Shown here piece by piece: positions 10,154 through 19,542 of a stretch of 64,000 bases of DNA (the stretch's first letter is position 1; the number at the start of each line of letters is the position of its first letter). Origin of the DNA: Spirochaetia bacterium (GTDB lineage: Bacteria > Spirochaetota > Spirochaetia > SZUA-6 > Bin103). Below the pieces are notes generated by a model, which searched no databases, was not told the DNA's origin, and worked only from the letters and a program-made list of their open reading frames with translations. The translations under genes were made by a program, and so were the position numbers. The stretch spans positions 2,816,001 to 2,880,000 of the forward strand of contig OZ241863.1 of assembly GCA_965203055.1 (NCBI GenBank), in the 5' to 3' direction.

Positions 10154-10225
10154 TGGTCGGCGTAGTCTACCGCCGCCGCCGGCCCGGCCACAACCGCCCG
10201 GCGGGAGGAGGGATCGGCGCCGCGG

Positions 10226-11647
10226 TCAGCGTTCGCGGCCTGAGAGGAACAGGCCGTAGGAGTTGCTCTGCCAGGAGTTTTCCTCCGCCAGCCCGTCCCT
10301 GGTGGCGCGCATGCGCGCCACCAGGCGCTCCTGCAGGCGGCGCAGGACGTGCTCGAAGGCGACCATCCCGGCGAGGTTGTGCAGCTCGCCGGGGTCCGAC
10401 CGCAGATCGTACAGCTCGTCGCGGGTGGCCGGATTGTAGACGTACTTCCAATCCGCGGTGCGGATCATCCGGGCGCTGTACAGCGTGGTTTCGTAGCCGT
10501 GGAACTCCGCGAACACGTCGTCCGGCCAGCCCTCCGGCGCCGCGCCCTCCAGCAGCGGCGTCAGCGAACGCCCGTCGGCGCTCTCCGGCGGCGCCGCCGC
10601 GGCCAGCTCGGCCAGCGTCGGGGCCAGGTCGACCAGGTTGGCGAACGCCGCCGCGGTTGCGCCCCGGCGGACGCCGGGGCCGGCGATCAGCAGCGGTACG
10701 CGGTGCGTCTCCTCGTACATGTGAAAGCCCTTGTTGAACAGCCGGTGGTTGCCGAGCATGTCGCCGTGATCGGCGGTGACCACCACCACGGTGTCACGCG
10801 CGCGTCCGCACCGGCGCAGCGCGGCGAGCACCCGGCCCATCTGGTGATCGACGAAGCTGCAGTATCCCCAGTAGGCGGCGATCACCCGCTGCCAGTCCGG
10901 CCAGGTCAGATGGGCGGCGTTCCAGCGCCGCAGCTCCTTCTGCTGGATGAGCGGCTTGGCGGTGAATCGTTCGGCGTAGTTCGCCGGGCAGGGCACCTGA
11001 CCGGGGTCGTACATCGTGTCGTACGGCTCCGGCACGGCGTAGGGAAAGTGGGGTCCGAAGAAGGACGCGGCCACCAGGAAGGGGGAGTCGCCGGCGCTGA
11101 AGGCGTCGATCATCTCGATTGCGCGGTCCGCGGTCCACGCTTCCTGCATCTTGTCCGCGGGGAGGGTGGCGCGTCCGGCAAACGGCGCCGCCGCCCCCCA
11201 CTCGAGGCGCTGCACCTCGGCGCGCGCGAAGTCGTAGCCCGGCACCGTGCGCAGCCACTCGGCGCGGGGATGCCAGCGGTCGACGTGCCAGAGGGCGGCG
11301 TCGCCCTCCCGCGGCAGGTGCCACTTGCCGGTGTAGCCGATCCGGTAGCCGGCCGCGCTGAGGCCGGAGAACAGCGTCGGCTGACCGATCAGTTGGCGGT
11401 CGAACACCCCGTTGAAGTTCCCCATGTTGGAGAGCTGCAGGTGATTGTGAGGATAGCGGCCGGTGAACAGGGAGGCGCGCGCGGGAGTGCACAGGGCAAT
11501 CGGCGTGTAGGCGTTGGCGAAGCGCACGCCGGCGGCGGCGACTGCGTCCATCGCCGGCGTGCGGCAGAACTGCGCCCCGTTGCAGCCGAGCGCGTCGTAG
11601 CGGAGCTGGTCGGCCAGCAGGAGCAGCAGGTTCGGCGGGCGCGTCAT
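10226..11647 (-). CDS. Sulfatase (Cys-type)
   Basis: PNLLLLLADQ, LCTPARASLFTG (CxPxR), GKWHL, TADHGDMLG, ELYDLRSDPGELHNL. Confidence 0.92.
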   Translation of the reverse strand: MTRPPNLLLLLADQLRYDALGCNGAQFCRTPAMDAVAAAGVRFANAYTPIALCTPARASLFTGRYPHNHLQLSNMGNFNGVFDRQLIGQPTLFSGLSAAGYRIGYTGKWHLPREGDAALWHVDRWHPRAEWLRTVPGYDFARAEVQRLEWGAAAPFAGRATLPADKMQEAWTADRAIEMIDAFSAGDSPFLVAASFFGPHFPYAVPEPYDTMYDPGQVPCPANYAERFTAKPLIQQKELRRWNAAHLTWPDWQRVIAAYWGYCSFVDHQMGRVLAALRRCGRARDTVVVVTADHGDMLGNHRLFNKGFHMYEETHRVPLLIAGPGVRRGATAAAFANLVDLAPTLAELAAAAPPESADGRSLTPLLEGAAPEGWPDDVFAEFHGYETTLYSARMIRTADWKYVYNPATRDELYDLRSDPGELHNLAGMVAFEHVLRRLQERLVARMRATRDGLAEENSWQSNSYGLFLSGRER

Positions 11648-11717
11648 ATTCTCGTTCTTCTTCGATGAAGAGTGCCGCGCCGCGCGGCGCGGCACTCCCC
11701 GCTCCGACACGCGGCGT

Positions 11718-13679
11718 CTAGCTGCGGAAGAAGAACTGCTCCGGGTGGTTCGGCTGAAACCGGATGGCGTCGTAGCCGTGCGCGCCCTCGGTGGGCACGT
11801 TGACCAACTCGGTGTTCACCAGCACCGGCTTCATCACGTCGCCGATCAGGCCGATCACGAAGGCGTTCTCGGCGTGCGTGCGCAGCACGTTGTCGATCAG
11901 CCGGTCGCGCTCGGCCAGGTCCACGGTGGTCGTGTACTGCTCCCACCACTCTCTGATCCGCTTCACCTCGGCGATCGGCTCCTCACCGCGCTCGCCGCCG
12001 GAGAGGTACCAGTACAGCCACTGCGTATACCACACCGCCTCGTCCATGTCCCGCCAGGGTACCCAGACGCGCGGGTCGATCAGCATGGTGGTGGTGAAGC
12101 CGACCACGTTCCACTCGTTCATCTCCACCAGGTTCTGGCGCACGCGCTGGCCGTACAGCGCCCGGTCGTCCGCCTTGACCAGCACCTCCAGCCCGACGTC
12201 CTTGGCGTAGTCGACCACCAGTTCCACCACCGGCGGCGCCCAGGTATGGGTGTCGGGCGGATATTCCCAGGTGACCGACAGGCGCCGGCCATCCTTCATC
12301 AGGCGGTAGCCCTGCGCGTCACGCTGGTTCAGGCCCATCTCATCGAGCAGCCGGTTGGCCATCTCCGGGTCGTACTCGACGTGGGCATTGGCGTACTCCT
12401 CCTTGAACCACGGCGTCATGCGGTGGACCGTGGCCTGCATCGGCGTCGCCAGCCCGAACTGGGTGGTCTCGTTGACCTCCTCCCGGTCGATGGCGTGCGA
12501 GAAGGCGATGCGGAACCGCCTGTCGCGGAACACCTCGCGCTTCACCGGATCCTCGATCGTCAGGTTGAACTGAATGCCCATCTGGTTGGCGTCGGTCACG
12601 ATCCAGTTGTACACCTCGTAACCGCCCTTCTCCTTGTTCTCCTGGTAGACCGGGAAGTCGGCCAGCGCGCTGTTCTGCCCGAACAGGTCGAACTCGCCCT
12701 GAATCGCCTTCAGCACCAGCACCTCGCGATCCTGCACCACGTGGATGGTGACGCCGTCGACGTAGGGGAGCTGGTTGCCGGCGGGGTCCACCTTCCAGTA
12801 ATAGGGATTGCGCTCCAGGGTATGACTCTGCGGGTTGGAGGCGACGCGCCGGTAGGGCTGCATGGTGGGCTGCTCGCCGCAGGCAATGACGCTGCAGACG
12901 CGGTTCTTGTTGTTGAACAACTGGTGCCACTCGTCGAAGCCCGCCTCCTTGGTCATGTCCGCCAGCGTGGCGGCGTCCTGGAACTCGGCGTGGAACTGCT
13001 GCAGGTAGTGGCCCGGCGAGTAGGAATTGGGGCCGCCGGCGTAGTGGGCGTACTGCATCTCGATCAGCGGGTAGGGCGCCGCGAACTCGTAGCGGATGGT
13101 GTATTCGTCCACCTGGGTGAGCTTCATCAGCTCCCCGCCCGGCGTCCAGCGCGAATGCGCCTGCGGCGTCAGCGTCTCGTTGCCGATGATGTGGTCGTAC
13201 CAGAACATCACGGCATCGGCGCTGAACGGCGCGCCGTCCGACCACTTGGCATCCTCCACGAAGCGCATCACCACCGTCTTGCCGTCCGGCTCCCACTCCC
13301 ACGAGCGGACGATGTTGGGCACTACCCCGGAGTAGTCGGTCTTGATGCGCATCAGCGTTTCCGGACCGACCGCCGACTGCGGGTCGCCGAACCACGCCCA
13401 GGCGCTCGGGATGCCGACGCTCAGATTGCCTCCGTAGCGGCCCACCTCGTCGAGGGGCGTGATCACCACCGGCTCGGCCGGCAGCCGCTCCTCCACCGGG
13501 GGCAGCTCCCCGGCGGCCACCATGGCCGCCAGCATCGGCGCCTCCCGGTAGGCGCCGCTCATCATCGCGGCCTCACCTGCGGCCGCGCCGGCGGAGGAGG
13601 ATTCCTCGGTGGCGCCCGCCCAGGCGGTGCCCAGCGCCAGGGCGCCGAGCGCGGCGCTTGTCATCAGCTTCTTCAGCAT
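11718..13679 (-). CDS. Family 5 (Opp/Dpp-type) ABC transporter solute-binding protein
   Basis: Signal peptide MLKKLMTSAALGALALGTAWA, GELPPVEERLP, KWSDGAPFSADAV, RNPYYWKVDPAGNQLPYVD. RBS AAGGAG. Confidence 0.9.
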   Translation of the reverse strand: MLKKLMTSAALGALALGTAWAGATEESSSAGAAAGEAAMMSGAYREAPMLAAMVAAGELPPVEERLPAEPVVITPLDEVGRYGGNLSVGIPSAWAWFGDPQSAVGPETLMRIKTDYSGVVPNIVRSWEWEPDGKTVVMRFVEDAKWSDGAPFSADAVMFWYDHIIGNETLTPQAHSRWTPGGELMKLTQVDEYTIRYEFAAPYPLIEMQYAHYAGGPNSYSPGHYLQQFHAEFQDAATLADMTKEAGFDEWHQLFNNKNRVCSVIACGEQPTMQPYRRVASNPQSHTLERNPYYWKVDPAGNQLPYVDGVTIHVVQDREVLVLKAIQGEFDLFGQNSALADFPVYQENKEKGGYEVYNWIVTDANQMGIQFNLTIEDPVKREVFRDRRFRIAFSHAIDREEVNETTQFGLATPMQATVHRMTPWFKEEYANAHVEYDPEMANRLLDEMGLNQRDAQGYRLMKDGRRLSVTWEYPPDTHTWAPPVVELVVDYAKDVGLEVLVKADDRALYGQRVRQNLVEMNEWNVVGFTTTMLIDPRVWVPWRDMDEAVWYTQWLYWYLSGGERGEEPIAEVKRIREWWEQYTTTVDLAERDRLIDNVLRTHAENAFVIGLIGDVMKPVLVNTELVNVPTEGAHGYDAIRFQPNHPEQFFFRS

Positions 13680-13768
13680 GTGACGCTCCTTTCGAGGTTC
13701 CGGCTCACGCGCCTCATACGAGGCGCGCTGCCGCCGCGGCGGCGGCAAGCGCCGGTACCTCTCGCGCG

Positions 13769-14959
13769 TTACCTCTTGTAGGGGTCGGCGGCATCGCGCA
13801 GGCCGTCGCCCACGAAGTTGAACAACAACACGGCGGCGATCACGAACAGCACCGGCGTCATCAGCCACGGGTGCACCGCCATGGTACGCACGTTCTGGGC
13901 GTTTTGCAGCAGCACGCCCCAGCTCAGCACCGGGCGCTGCAGGCCCAGGCCCAGGAAGCTCAGGCTGGTCTCGCCCAGGATCATGTTGGGAACCGCCAGG
14001 GTGGCGTTGACGATCAGGTAGCTCATGAACCCCGGCAGCATGTGAGTCAGGATGATCTTGGCGTCGGTGGCGCCGGCCAGCCGCCCGGCGGCCACGAAGT
14101 CGGCCTCGCGCAGCTCCAGGAACTTGCCGCGCACCACCCGCGCCAGGCTGGTCCACGCCACCAGCGAAATGATCACGGTAATGCCGAAGTAGCGCTTCTG
14201 CATCGACCACGCCGGCGGAATCGCCGCCGCCAGCCCCATCCACAGCGGGATGGTGGGCACCGAGCGCAGCAACTCGATGACGCGCTGGACCGCGGTATCG
14301 ACCGCGCCGCCGAAGTAGCCGGAGATGGCGCCGAGCGAGGCCCCGAGCAGGAAGCTCAGCGCGACCCCCACCAGGCCGATGGAGAGCGAAATGCGGCTCG
14401 CCTGGGTAATGCGCGAGAACATGTCGCGTCCCAGGTCGTCGGTGCCGAGCAGAAACACCATCCCCGGCGCCTCGGCCCCGAACAGGTGCAGGTCGCCGTC
14501 GATCAGGCCCCACATCCGGTAGGGCGAGCCGCGCTGCAGCAGGCGGATCGGGTAGGGCCGGCTGCGGTCCTCGGTGTAGTGGCGGCGCAGCGTCTGCCGG
14601 TCCAGCGTCTGCTCGTAGCGGTAGACGAACGGCCCGACGAAGCGGCCCTCGTGGAACAGCCGAATGCGGGTGGGCGGATGGTGGAGCGCGGCGCGGTTGC
14701 GCTCGAACGGTTCGTAGGGGCCCAGGAACTCCGCGAACGCCATCGTCAGGTAGAGGGCGAGCAGCGCCAGCGCGCTGAGCAGGGCGAGGCGGTGGCGGCG
14801 AAACGCGCGCCACACCAGTTGCCGCTGAGTGGCGAGGTAGTATCGCTCGTTGTCGTCGGGCGGCGGCGCCGGCGGGCCGGAACGGGGCGCAGCCGCGCCC
14901 GCGCCGCCCGCGTCGCCTATCTGGGCCACGGCGCGGACCCGGGTGCGGCCGGCGGTCAC
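13769..14959 (-). CDS. Opp/Dpp-type ABC permease (DppC-like)
   Basis: LGTDDLGRDMFSR, ETSLSFLGLG, FNFVGDGLRDAADP. GTG start overlaps the upstream TGA. Confidence 0.9.
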   Translation of the reverse strand: MTAGRTRVRAVAQIGDAGGAGAAAPRSGPPAPPPDDNERYYLATQRQLVWRAFRRHRLALLSALALLALYLTMAFAEFLGPYEPFERNRAALHHPPTRIRLFHEGRFVGPFVYRYEQTLDRQTLRRHYTEDRSRPYPIRLLQRGSPYRMWGLIDGDLHLFGAEAPGMVFLLGTDDLGRDMFSRITQASRISLSIGLVGVALSFLLGASLGAISGYFGGAVDTAVQRVIELLRSVPTIPLWMGLAAAIPPAWSMQKRYFGITVIISLVAWTSLARVVRGKFLELREADFVAAGRLAGATDAKIILTHMLPGFMSYLIVNATLAVPNMILGETSLSFLGLGLQRPVLSWGVLLQNAQNVRTMAVHPWLMTPVLFVIAAVLLFNFVGDGLRDAADPYKR

Positions 14960-15942
14960 GACTCCATCCTGATGCGCGGGTCGATCAGCGCCAGCAGCAG
15001 GTCGGAAATCAGGGTGCCGATTACGGTGAGGAAGCTGAGCAGCAGAATCAGGCTGCCGGCCAGATACATGTCCTGGGTGCGCAGCGCGCGCAGCAGGAGC
15101 TGGCCGGTAGTGGGCAGCGACAGCACCACCGACACGATGGCGGCGCCGGAGATGATCTCCGGCAGCAGCCAGCCGACCGTGCTGACGATCGGGTTCAGCG
15201 CCACCCGCGCCGGGTACTTGAGGATCAGATCGATCTCGCGCGCGCCCTTGGCGCGCGCGGTGATCACGTACTGCTTGCGCAGCTCGTCGAGCAGGGTGGC
15301 GCGCATCACCCGGATGATGCCGGCGGTGCCGGCGGTGCCCAGCACCACCACCGGCACCCACAGATGCTGCAGCAGGTCCAGCAGCTTGGCCAACGACCAC
15401 GGGGCGTTGAGGTACTCGTTGGAGAACAGGCCGCCCACGTCGGCGCCGAAGAGCTGGAACCCGAAGTACATCAGCAGCAGGGCGAGCAGGAAGTTGGGAG
15501 TCGCCAGGCCGACGAAGCCGAACAGGGTCACGGTGTAGTCGGTCAACGAATACTGCCTGACGGCGCTGACGATGCCGATCGGCACCGCCGCGGCGTAGAC
15601 GAAGATCAGGGTGCTCAGGGAGATCGCCAGGGTGAGCGCGATGCGCTCGCTGACCAGCGTGCTGACCGGAATCTGGTGATCGAACGACCAGCCGAAGTCG
15701 CCGCGCAGCACGCCGGAGAACCAGATCAGGTACTGCACGTAGAGCGGCTTGTCGAGGCCGTAGTTGCGGCGCAGGTTGTCGGCTATCTCCCGGTCCACCT
15801 CGGTGCCCGACGATTGCATGCGCGCCAGGTAGGCATCCATGAAGTCGCCCGGCGGCAGGTTGATCACCACGAACCCGATGATCGAGACCATCACCAGCAT
15901 GAGGATCACGTATAGGCCGCGGCGAATCAGAAACTGCTGCAT
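14956..15942 (-). CDS. Opp/Dpp-type ABC permease (DppB-like)
   Basis: LPPGD, YGLDKPLYVQY, YVITARAKG, DLLLALIDPRIR. Confidence 0.92.
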   Translation of the reverse strand: MQQFLIRRGLYVILMLVMVSIIGFVVINLPPGDFMDAYLARMQSSGTEVDREIADNLRRNYGLDKPLYVQYLIWFSGVLRGDFGWSFDHQIPVSTLVSERIALTLAISLSTLIFVYAAAVPIGIVSAVRQYSLTDYTVTLFGFVGLATPNFLLALLLMYFGFQLFGADVGGLFSNEYLNAPWSLAKLLDLLQHLWVPVVVLGTAGTAGIIRVMRATLLDELRKQYVITARAKGAREIDLILKYPARVALNPIVSTVGWLLPEIISGAAIVSVVLSLPTTGQLLLRALRTQDMYLAGSLILLLSFLTVIGTLISDLLLALIDPRIRMES

Positions 15943-15989
15943 CGAGCTACCGGATCGTCGCTGCCGGACTGCGCGGCAGGGACCGGCAG

Positions 15990-16029
15990 AGTGTAGGAGC
16001 CCCTCCCCGCCCTGTCAAAGCTGTCAAAG
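15990..16029 (-). promoter_or_regulatory. Sigma70-type promoter for the dpp-like/sulfatase operon, with a tandem 9-bp repeat
   Basis: Minus strand TTGACA (16018-16013), 17 nt, TACACT (15995-15990). CTGTCAAAG is tandemly duplicated at 16012-16029. Confidence 0.65.
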
Positions 16030-16190
16030 CCGCGCCGCCGGGCGGTCCGCCGGCGGCGTGCCGAGCGGCAGCCCGGCGGCCGCCGGCAGCTTGCCACCCC
16101 CCGCCGCGACCGCGTATCCTGCGCCCGGCGGCGGCGCTCCGCGCCGCCGCCGAATCTTCCGTACCCGGAAGTAAGGGGAGGATCATCAAG

Positions 16191-17549
16191 ATGACGAATC
16201 GCACGCTACCGGCGCTGGCAGGGCTGGTCTCGCTGTTGATGCTCGCGAGCGCCGGCGCCTTCGCCGCCGGCGACGCGGACGCCGGGGGCGAGGCCGCCGA
16301 AGGTCCCGCGCCGCTCATTCTTTCGGCCTGGGGCGGGCAGGAGGTGGCCGACTTCTACGCCGCCAACGCCGCCGAGTTCTCGCGCCTGAGCCAGGGCCGG
16401 GTGGACGCCAGCTTCCGCCACATCACCGCCGACTACAATCAGAAGGTGCAGGCGATGATCGCCGCCGGCGACGCGCCCGACGTTTTCCTGCTCGGCTCCA
16501 CCAACGCCCCCATCTGGTGGCGCAAGGGCCTGCTGCTGGAGCTCACCGACACCGTGCACGCGCACGGCCTGCTGGACGACAGCAAGTGGTATTCGTCGCT
16601 GTTCTCCTCCTCGCGCGACGGCGACACCTTCTTCGGCCTGCCGGACGCGATGAACGTGTTCCTGCTGATCTACAACAAGTCGGAGTTCGACAAGCACGGC
16701 GTGGCCCATCCCACGGCCGACTGGACCTGGGACGACGTCAAGGAAGCGGCCATGAAGCTGACCGTCGACGAGAACGGCGACGGCGTGAACGAGCTGTGGG
16801 GCTTCAACGTCTGGAACACGTGGTGGGCGTGGTATCAGGTGTTCCTGTGGTCGTGGGGCGCCGAGTGGGCGATCGACGATCACGAGGCCAACACCATTCC
16901 ATGGCTCGCCGGCAAGGACTGGCGCGACGGCCAGATGGTCGACTCCGGCGCGGCCGCGGCGCTGCGCTGGCTGCAGGACGGCATCCACAAGGACCAGTTC
17001 ATCAGGCCGCGCGTCGGCGCCACGGTCGGCGGCGAAGCGTTTCAGCAGGGTCTCACGGCGATGGACATCATCGGCACGTGGTACCTGGAGACCACGATCC
17101 TGGTGGAAGACTTCGACTGGGACATCGCGCCGATCCCGCGCGTCGGCAAGGGCGACCCGCACGTCACCCACATGACCGTATCGCCGTGGGTGGTCAACGC
17201 GCGCACCGAGCACCCCGAGGCGGCGAGCGAATTCGCGGCCTTCATGTGCTGCAACAACTTCGTGATGGAGACGATGCGCCGGGACACGCCGCTCTCCAAG
17301 GAGGTGGCCTTCTCGGACGCCTACCTGAAGATCCCCGGCGCTCCCGACAACTATCGGCTGCGCGTCGACATCATCGACATGATCGAATACCCGCGCTACT
17401 GGAACCGCCAGCTTCCGAACATCGGCGAGGTGACCCAGGCGTTCCAGACCGAGATGGAGAAGCTGCTCATCAACACCCAGACGCCCGAGGACACGGCGGC
17501 CAACGTCGACCGCGAGGTGGCGCGCCTGATCGCCAAGGGCTGGGACTGA
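16191..17549 (+). CDS. Carbohydrate (CUT1) ABC transporter solute-binding protein
   Basis: Signal peptide, IAAGDAPDVF, LIYNKSEFDKHGV, WTWDD. RBS GGAGGA. Confidence 0.9.
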   Translation: MTNRTLPALAGLVSLLMLASAGAFAAGDADAGGEAAEGPAPLILSAWGGQEVADFYAANAAEFSRLSQGRVDASFRHITADYNQKVQAMIAAGDAPDVFLLGSTNAPIWWRKGLLLELTDTVHAHGLLDDSKWYSSLFSSSRDGDTFFGLPDAMNVFLLIYNKSEFDKHGVAHPTADWTWDDVKEAAMKLTVDENGDGVNELWGFNVWNTWWAWYQVFLWSWGAEWAIDDHEANTIPWLAGKDWRDGQMVDSGAAAALRWLQDGIHKDQFIRPRVGATVGGEAFQQGLTAMDIIGTWYLETTILVEDFDWDIAPIPRVGKGDPHVTHMTVSPWVVNARTEHPEAASEFAAFMCCNNFVMETMRRDTPLSKEVAFSDAYLKIPGAPDNYRLRVDIIDMIEYPRYWNRQLPNIGEVTQAFQTEMEKLLINTQTPEDTAANVDREVARLIAKGWD

Positions 17550-17590
17550 CGTTTGCGAACGTGAGCCGCGCAGCGGCGCGGTAGCGGACC

Positions 17591-17616
17591 GGTGCCCGGA
17601 GGTAACTCCGGGCACC
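17591..17616 (+). terminator. Stem-loop between SBP and permease (stabiliser or attenuator)
   Basis: GGTGCCCGGAG-GTAA-CTCCGGGCACC, a perfect 11-bp stem. Confidence 0.5.
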
Positions 17617-17627
17617 CCTTCAGGTTT

Positions 17628-18512
17628 ATGAAAGGCTCGACCAAGAAGAAGATCGAAGGCTACCTCTTCATCTTCCCGTGGATCATCGGGTTGTCGGCGT
17701 TCGTGATCTACCCGGCCGGGTACGGTCTGGTCCTGGGCTTCTTCAAGTTCGACATCTTCAATCCGCCGACGTGGGTCGGGCTGCGGCACTTCCGGGAGCT
17801 GTTCACCGAAGACCCCAACTTCCTGACGTCGCTGTCGGTAACCCTGCGTTACATCGTCTTCTCGGTGACCCTGCGGGTCGGCGCGGCGTTCTTCCTGGCC
17901 CTGCTCCTGAACCAGAAGGTGAAGGGGCTGGGACTCTGGCGCACCCTGTTCTACACGCCGTCGATCGTCGCCGGCTACGCGCTGGCGCTGCTGTGGAACC
18001 GGATGATGGATCCGCAGTACGGGCTGGTGAACGTGGTGCTGCGCTTCTTCGGCGGGCCGACGCCCAACTGGTTCGGCTCCGAAACGCTGGCGTTCGCCAC
18101 CATCACCGTGATGTCGGTCTGGTCGGTGGGTCCGCTGGTGGTGATCTTCCTGGCCGGCCTGCAGGGCATTCCGCAGGAGCTCTACGAGCAGGCGGAGATC
18201 GACGGCGCCAAGATGCGCCACCGGCTGATCGCGGTGACCGTGCCGATGATCTCGCCGGTGCTGCTGTTCAACCTGGTGATCGGCTGCATCGGCGCCACGC
18301 AGCTCTTCGTGGAGCCGCTGGTGATGACCGGGGGCGGCCCCAACAACGCGACGCTTACGCTGCTCCTCTACCTGTACCGCAATGCGTTCGCCTATCTGAA
18401 GATGGGCTACGCCGCGGCAATCGCGCTGATCATGTTCCTGCTGACCCTGGGCCTGACCGTCTTCCTGTTCCGCTGGTCGCGGCGCTGGGTGTACTACGCG
18501 GGGTCCGGCTGA
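17628..18512 (+). CDS. Carbohydrate ABC permease
   Basis: GYLFIFPWIIG, LQGIPQELYEQAEIDGA (EAA loop), MGYAAAIA. Confidence 0.92.
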   Translation: MKGSTKKKIEGYLFIFPWIIGLSAFVIYPAGYGLVLGFFKFDIFNPPTWVGLRHFRELFTEDPNFLTSLSVTLRYIVFSVTLRVGAAFFLALLLNQKVKGLGLWRTLFYTPSIVAGYALALLWNRMMDPQYGLVNVVLRFFGGPTPNWFGSETLAFATITVMSVWSVGPLVVIFLAGLQGIPQELYEQAEIDGAKMRHRLIAVTVPMISPVLLFNLVIGCIGATQLFVEPLVMTGGGPNNATLTLLLYLYRNAFAYLKMGYAAAIALIMFLLTLGLTVFLFRWSRRWVYYAGSG

Positions 18513-19402
18513 TGAGTTCCGGCGTCCTGGCCGCGGCCGTGCGCGGCAAGCCGGTGGGGCTGCGGGTCCGCCGCGGGGTATGGCGGGTGGTCGTCTACCT
18601 GTTGCTGCTGGTGCTGGTGGCGGTCGCGCTGCTGCCCTTGCTGTGGATGGTCTCGACGTCGCTCAAGCCGGGCTTCATCGAAGCCTACAGCCTGTCGCTG
18701 CTGCCCTCCAGGGTGACCTGGTCCAACTACCCCGACACCTGGAACCGCGTGCCCTTCCCGGGGCCGCTCGCCAACACCATCTTCATTACCGCGTTGGCGC
18801 TGTTCGGGTCGCTGCTGTCGGCCTCGATCACCGGGTTCGCGTTCGCCCGGCTGCGCTTTCCCGGGCGCAACGTCTGGTTCGCCATCCTGATCATGACCAT
18901 GCTGATCCCGCCGGCGATCATGATCATCCCGCAGTATCTGCTGTTCAGTTGGCTGCGCTGGATCGATTCCTACAAGCCGCTGATCATCCCCTGGTTCTTC
19001 GGCGGCGGAGCGTTCCGCATCTTTCTGTTCCGCCAGTTCATCAAGTCGATCCCCGAGGAACTCGATCAGGCCGCGGAGATCGACGGCTGCTCCACCCTGC
19101 GCATCTTCGGCCAGATCATCGTGCCGCTGATGATGCCGGCGGTGGCCACCGTCGCGGTGCTCGGGTTCATGGACTACTGGAACGACTTCTTCGCGCCGTT
19201 CATCTACCTGAACAACGTCGACAAGGACACCATCGTGCTGCGCCTGTTCCGCATCTGGTCGGACGTCGAAGGTTACATGCGCGAGGAGCTGCACACGGTG
19301 ATGGCCGGCAACGTGATGGTCACCCTGCCGGGGTTCATCATCTTCTTCATCGCCCAGAAGCGGTTCATCCAGGGCATCGTCACCACCGGCATCAAAGGCT
19401 GA
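18512..19402 (+). CDS. Carbohydrate ABC permease
   Basis: FAFARLRFPGR, IPEELDQAAEIDG, QKRFIQGIVTTGIKG. TGATG overlap with the upstream gene. Confidence 0.92.
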   Translation: MSSGVLAAAVRGKPVGLRVRRGVWRVVVYLLLLVLVAVALLPLLWMVSTSLKPGFIEAYSLSLLPSRVTWSNYPDTWNRVPFPGPLANTIFITALALFGSLLSASITGFAFARLRFPGRNVWFAILIMTMLIPPAIMIIPQYLLFSWLRWIDSYKPLIIPWFFGGGAFRIFLFRQFIKSIPEELDQAAEIDGCSTLRIFGQIIVPLMMPAVATVAVLGFMDYWNDFFAPFIYLNNVDKDTIVLRLFRIWSDVEGYMREELHTVMAGNVMVTLPGFIIFFIAQKRFIQGIVTTGIKG

Positions 19403-19542
19403 CACCCGCCGCCGTAAGCGGGGCGCCCGGCGAGTTGCCGGCGCGCGCGGGGGCGCATTTCCAAAAAATGCAGGTAAGCGTCGGGCCGCTTGGCGGCCAA
19501 GCCCAGTCCCCAGTGTTAGATGAGGGTTCTCGGCGATCTTGA

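Noticed and set aside
5993..10165. 1390-aa plus-strand ORF and many other long antisense or alternate-frame ORFs (e.g. 55000-57144, 57458-61054, 38333-41386)
   Set aside because: Shadow ORFs of real genes caused by high GC and scarce stop codons. They have no recognisable motifs.
19455..19521. attC-like look (ends in GTTAGAT matching GTTRRRY, with an internal hairpin)
   Set aside because: No proper RYYYAAC inverse core, poor overall dyad, no integrase, and the adjacent HNH gene is in the wrong orientation. At most a degenerate relic. An IntegronFinder/attC covariance search would settle it.
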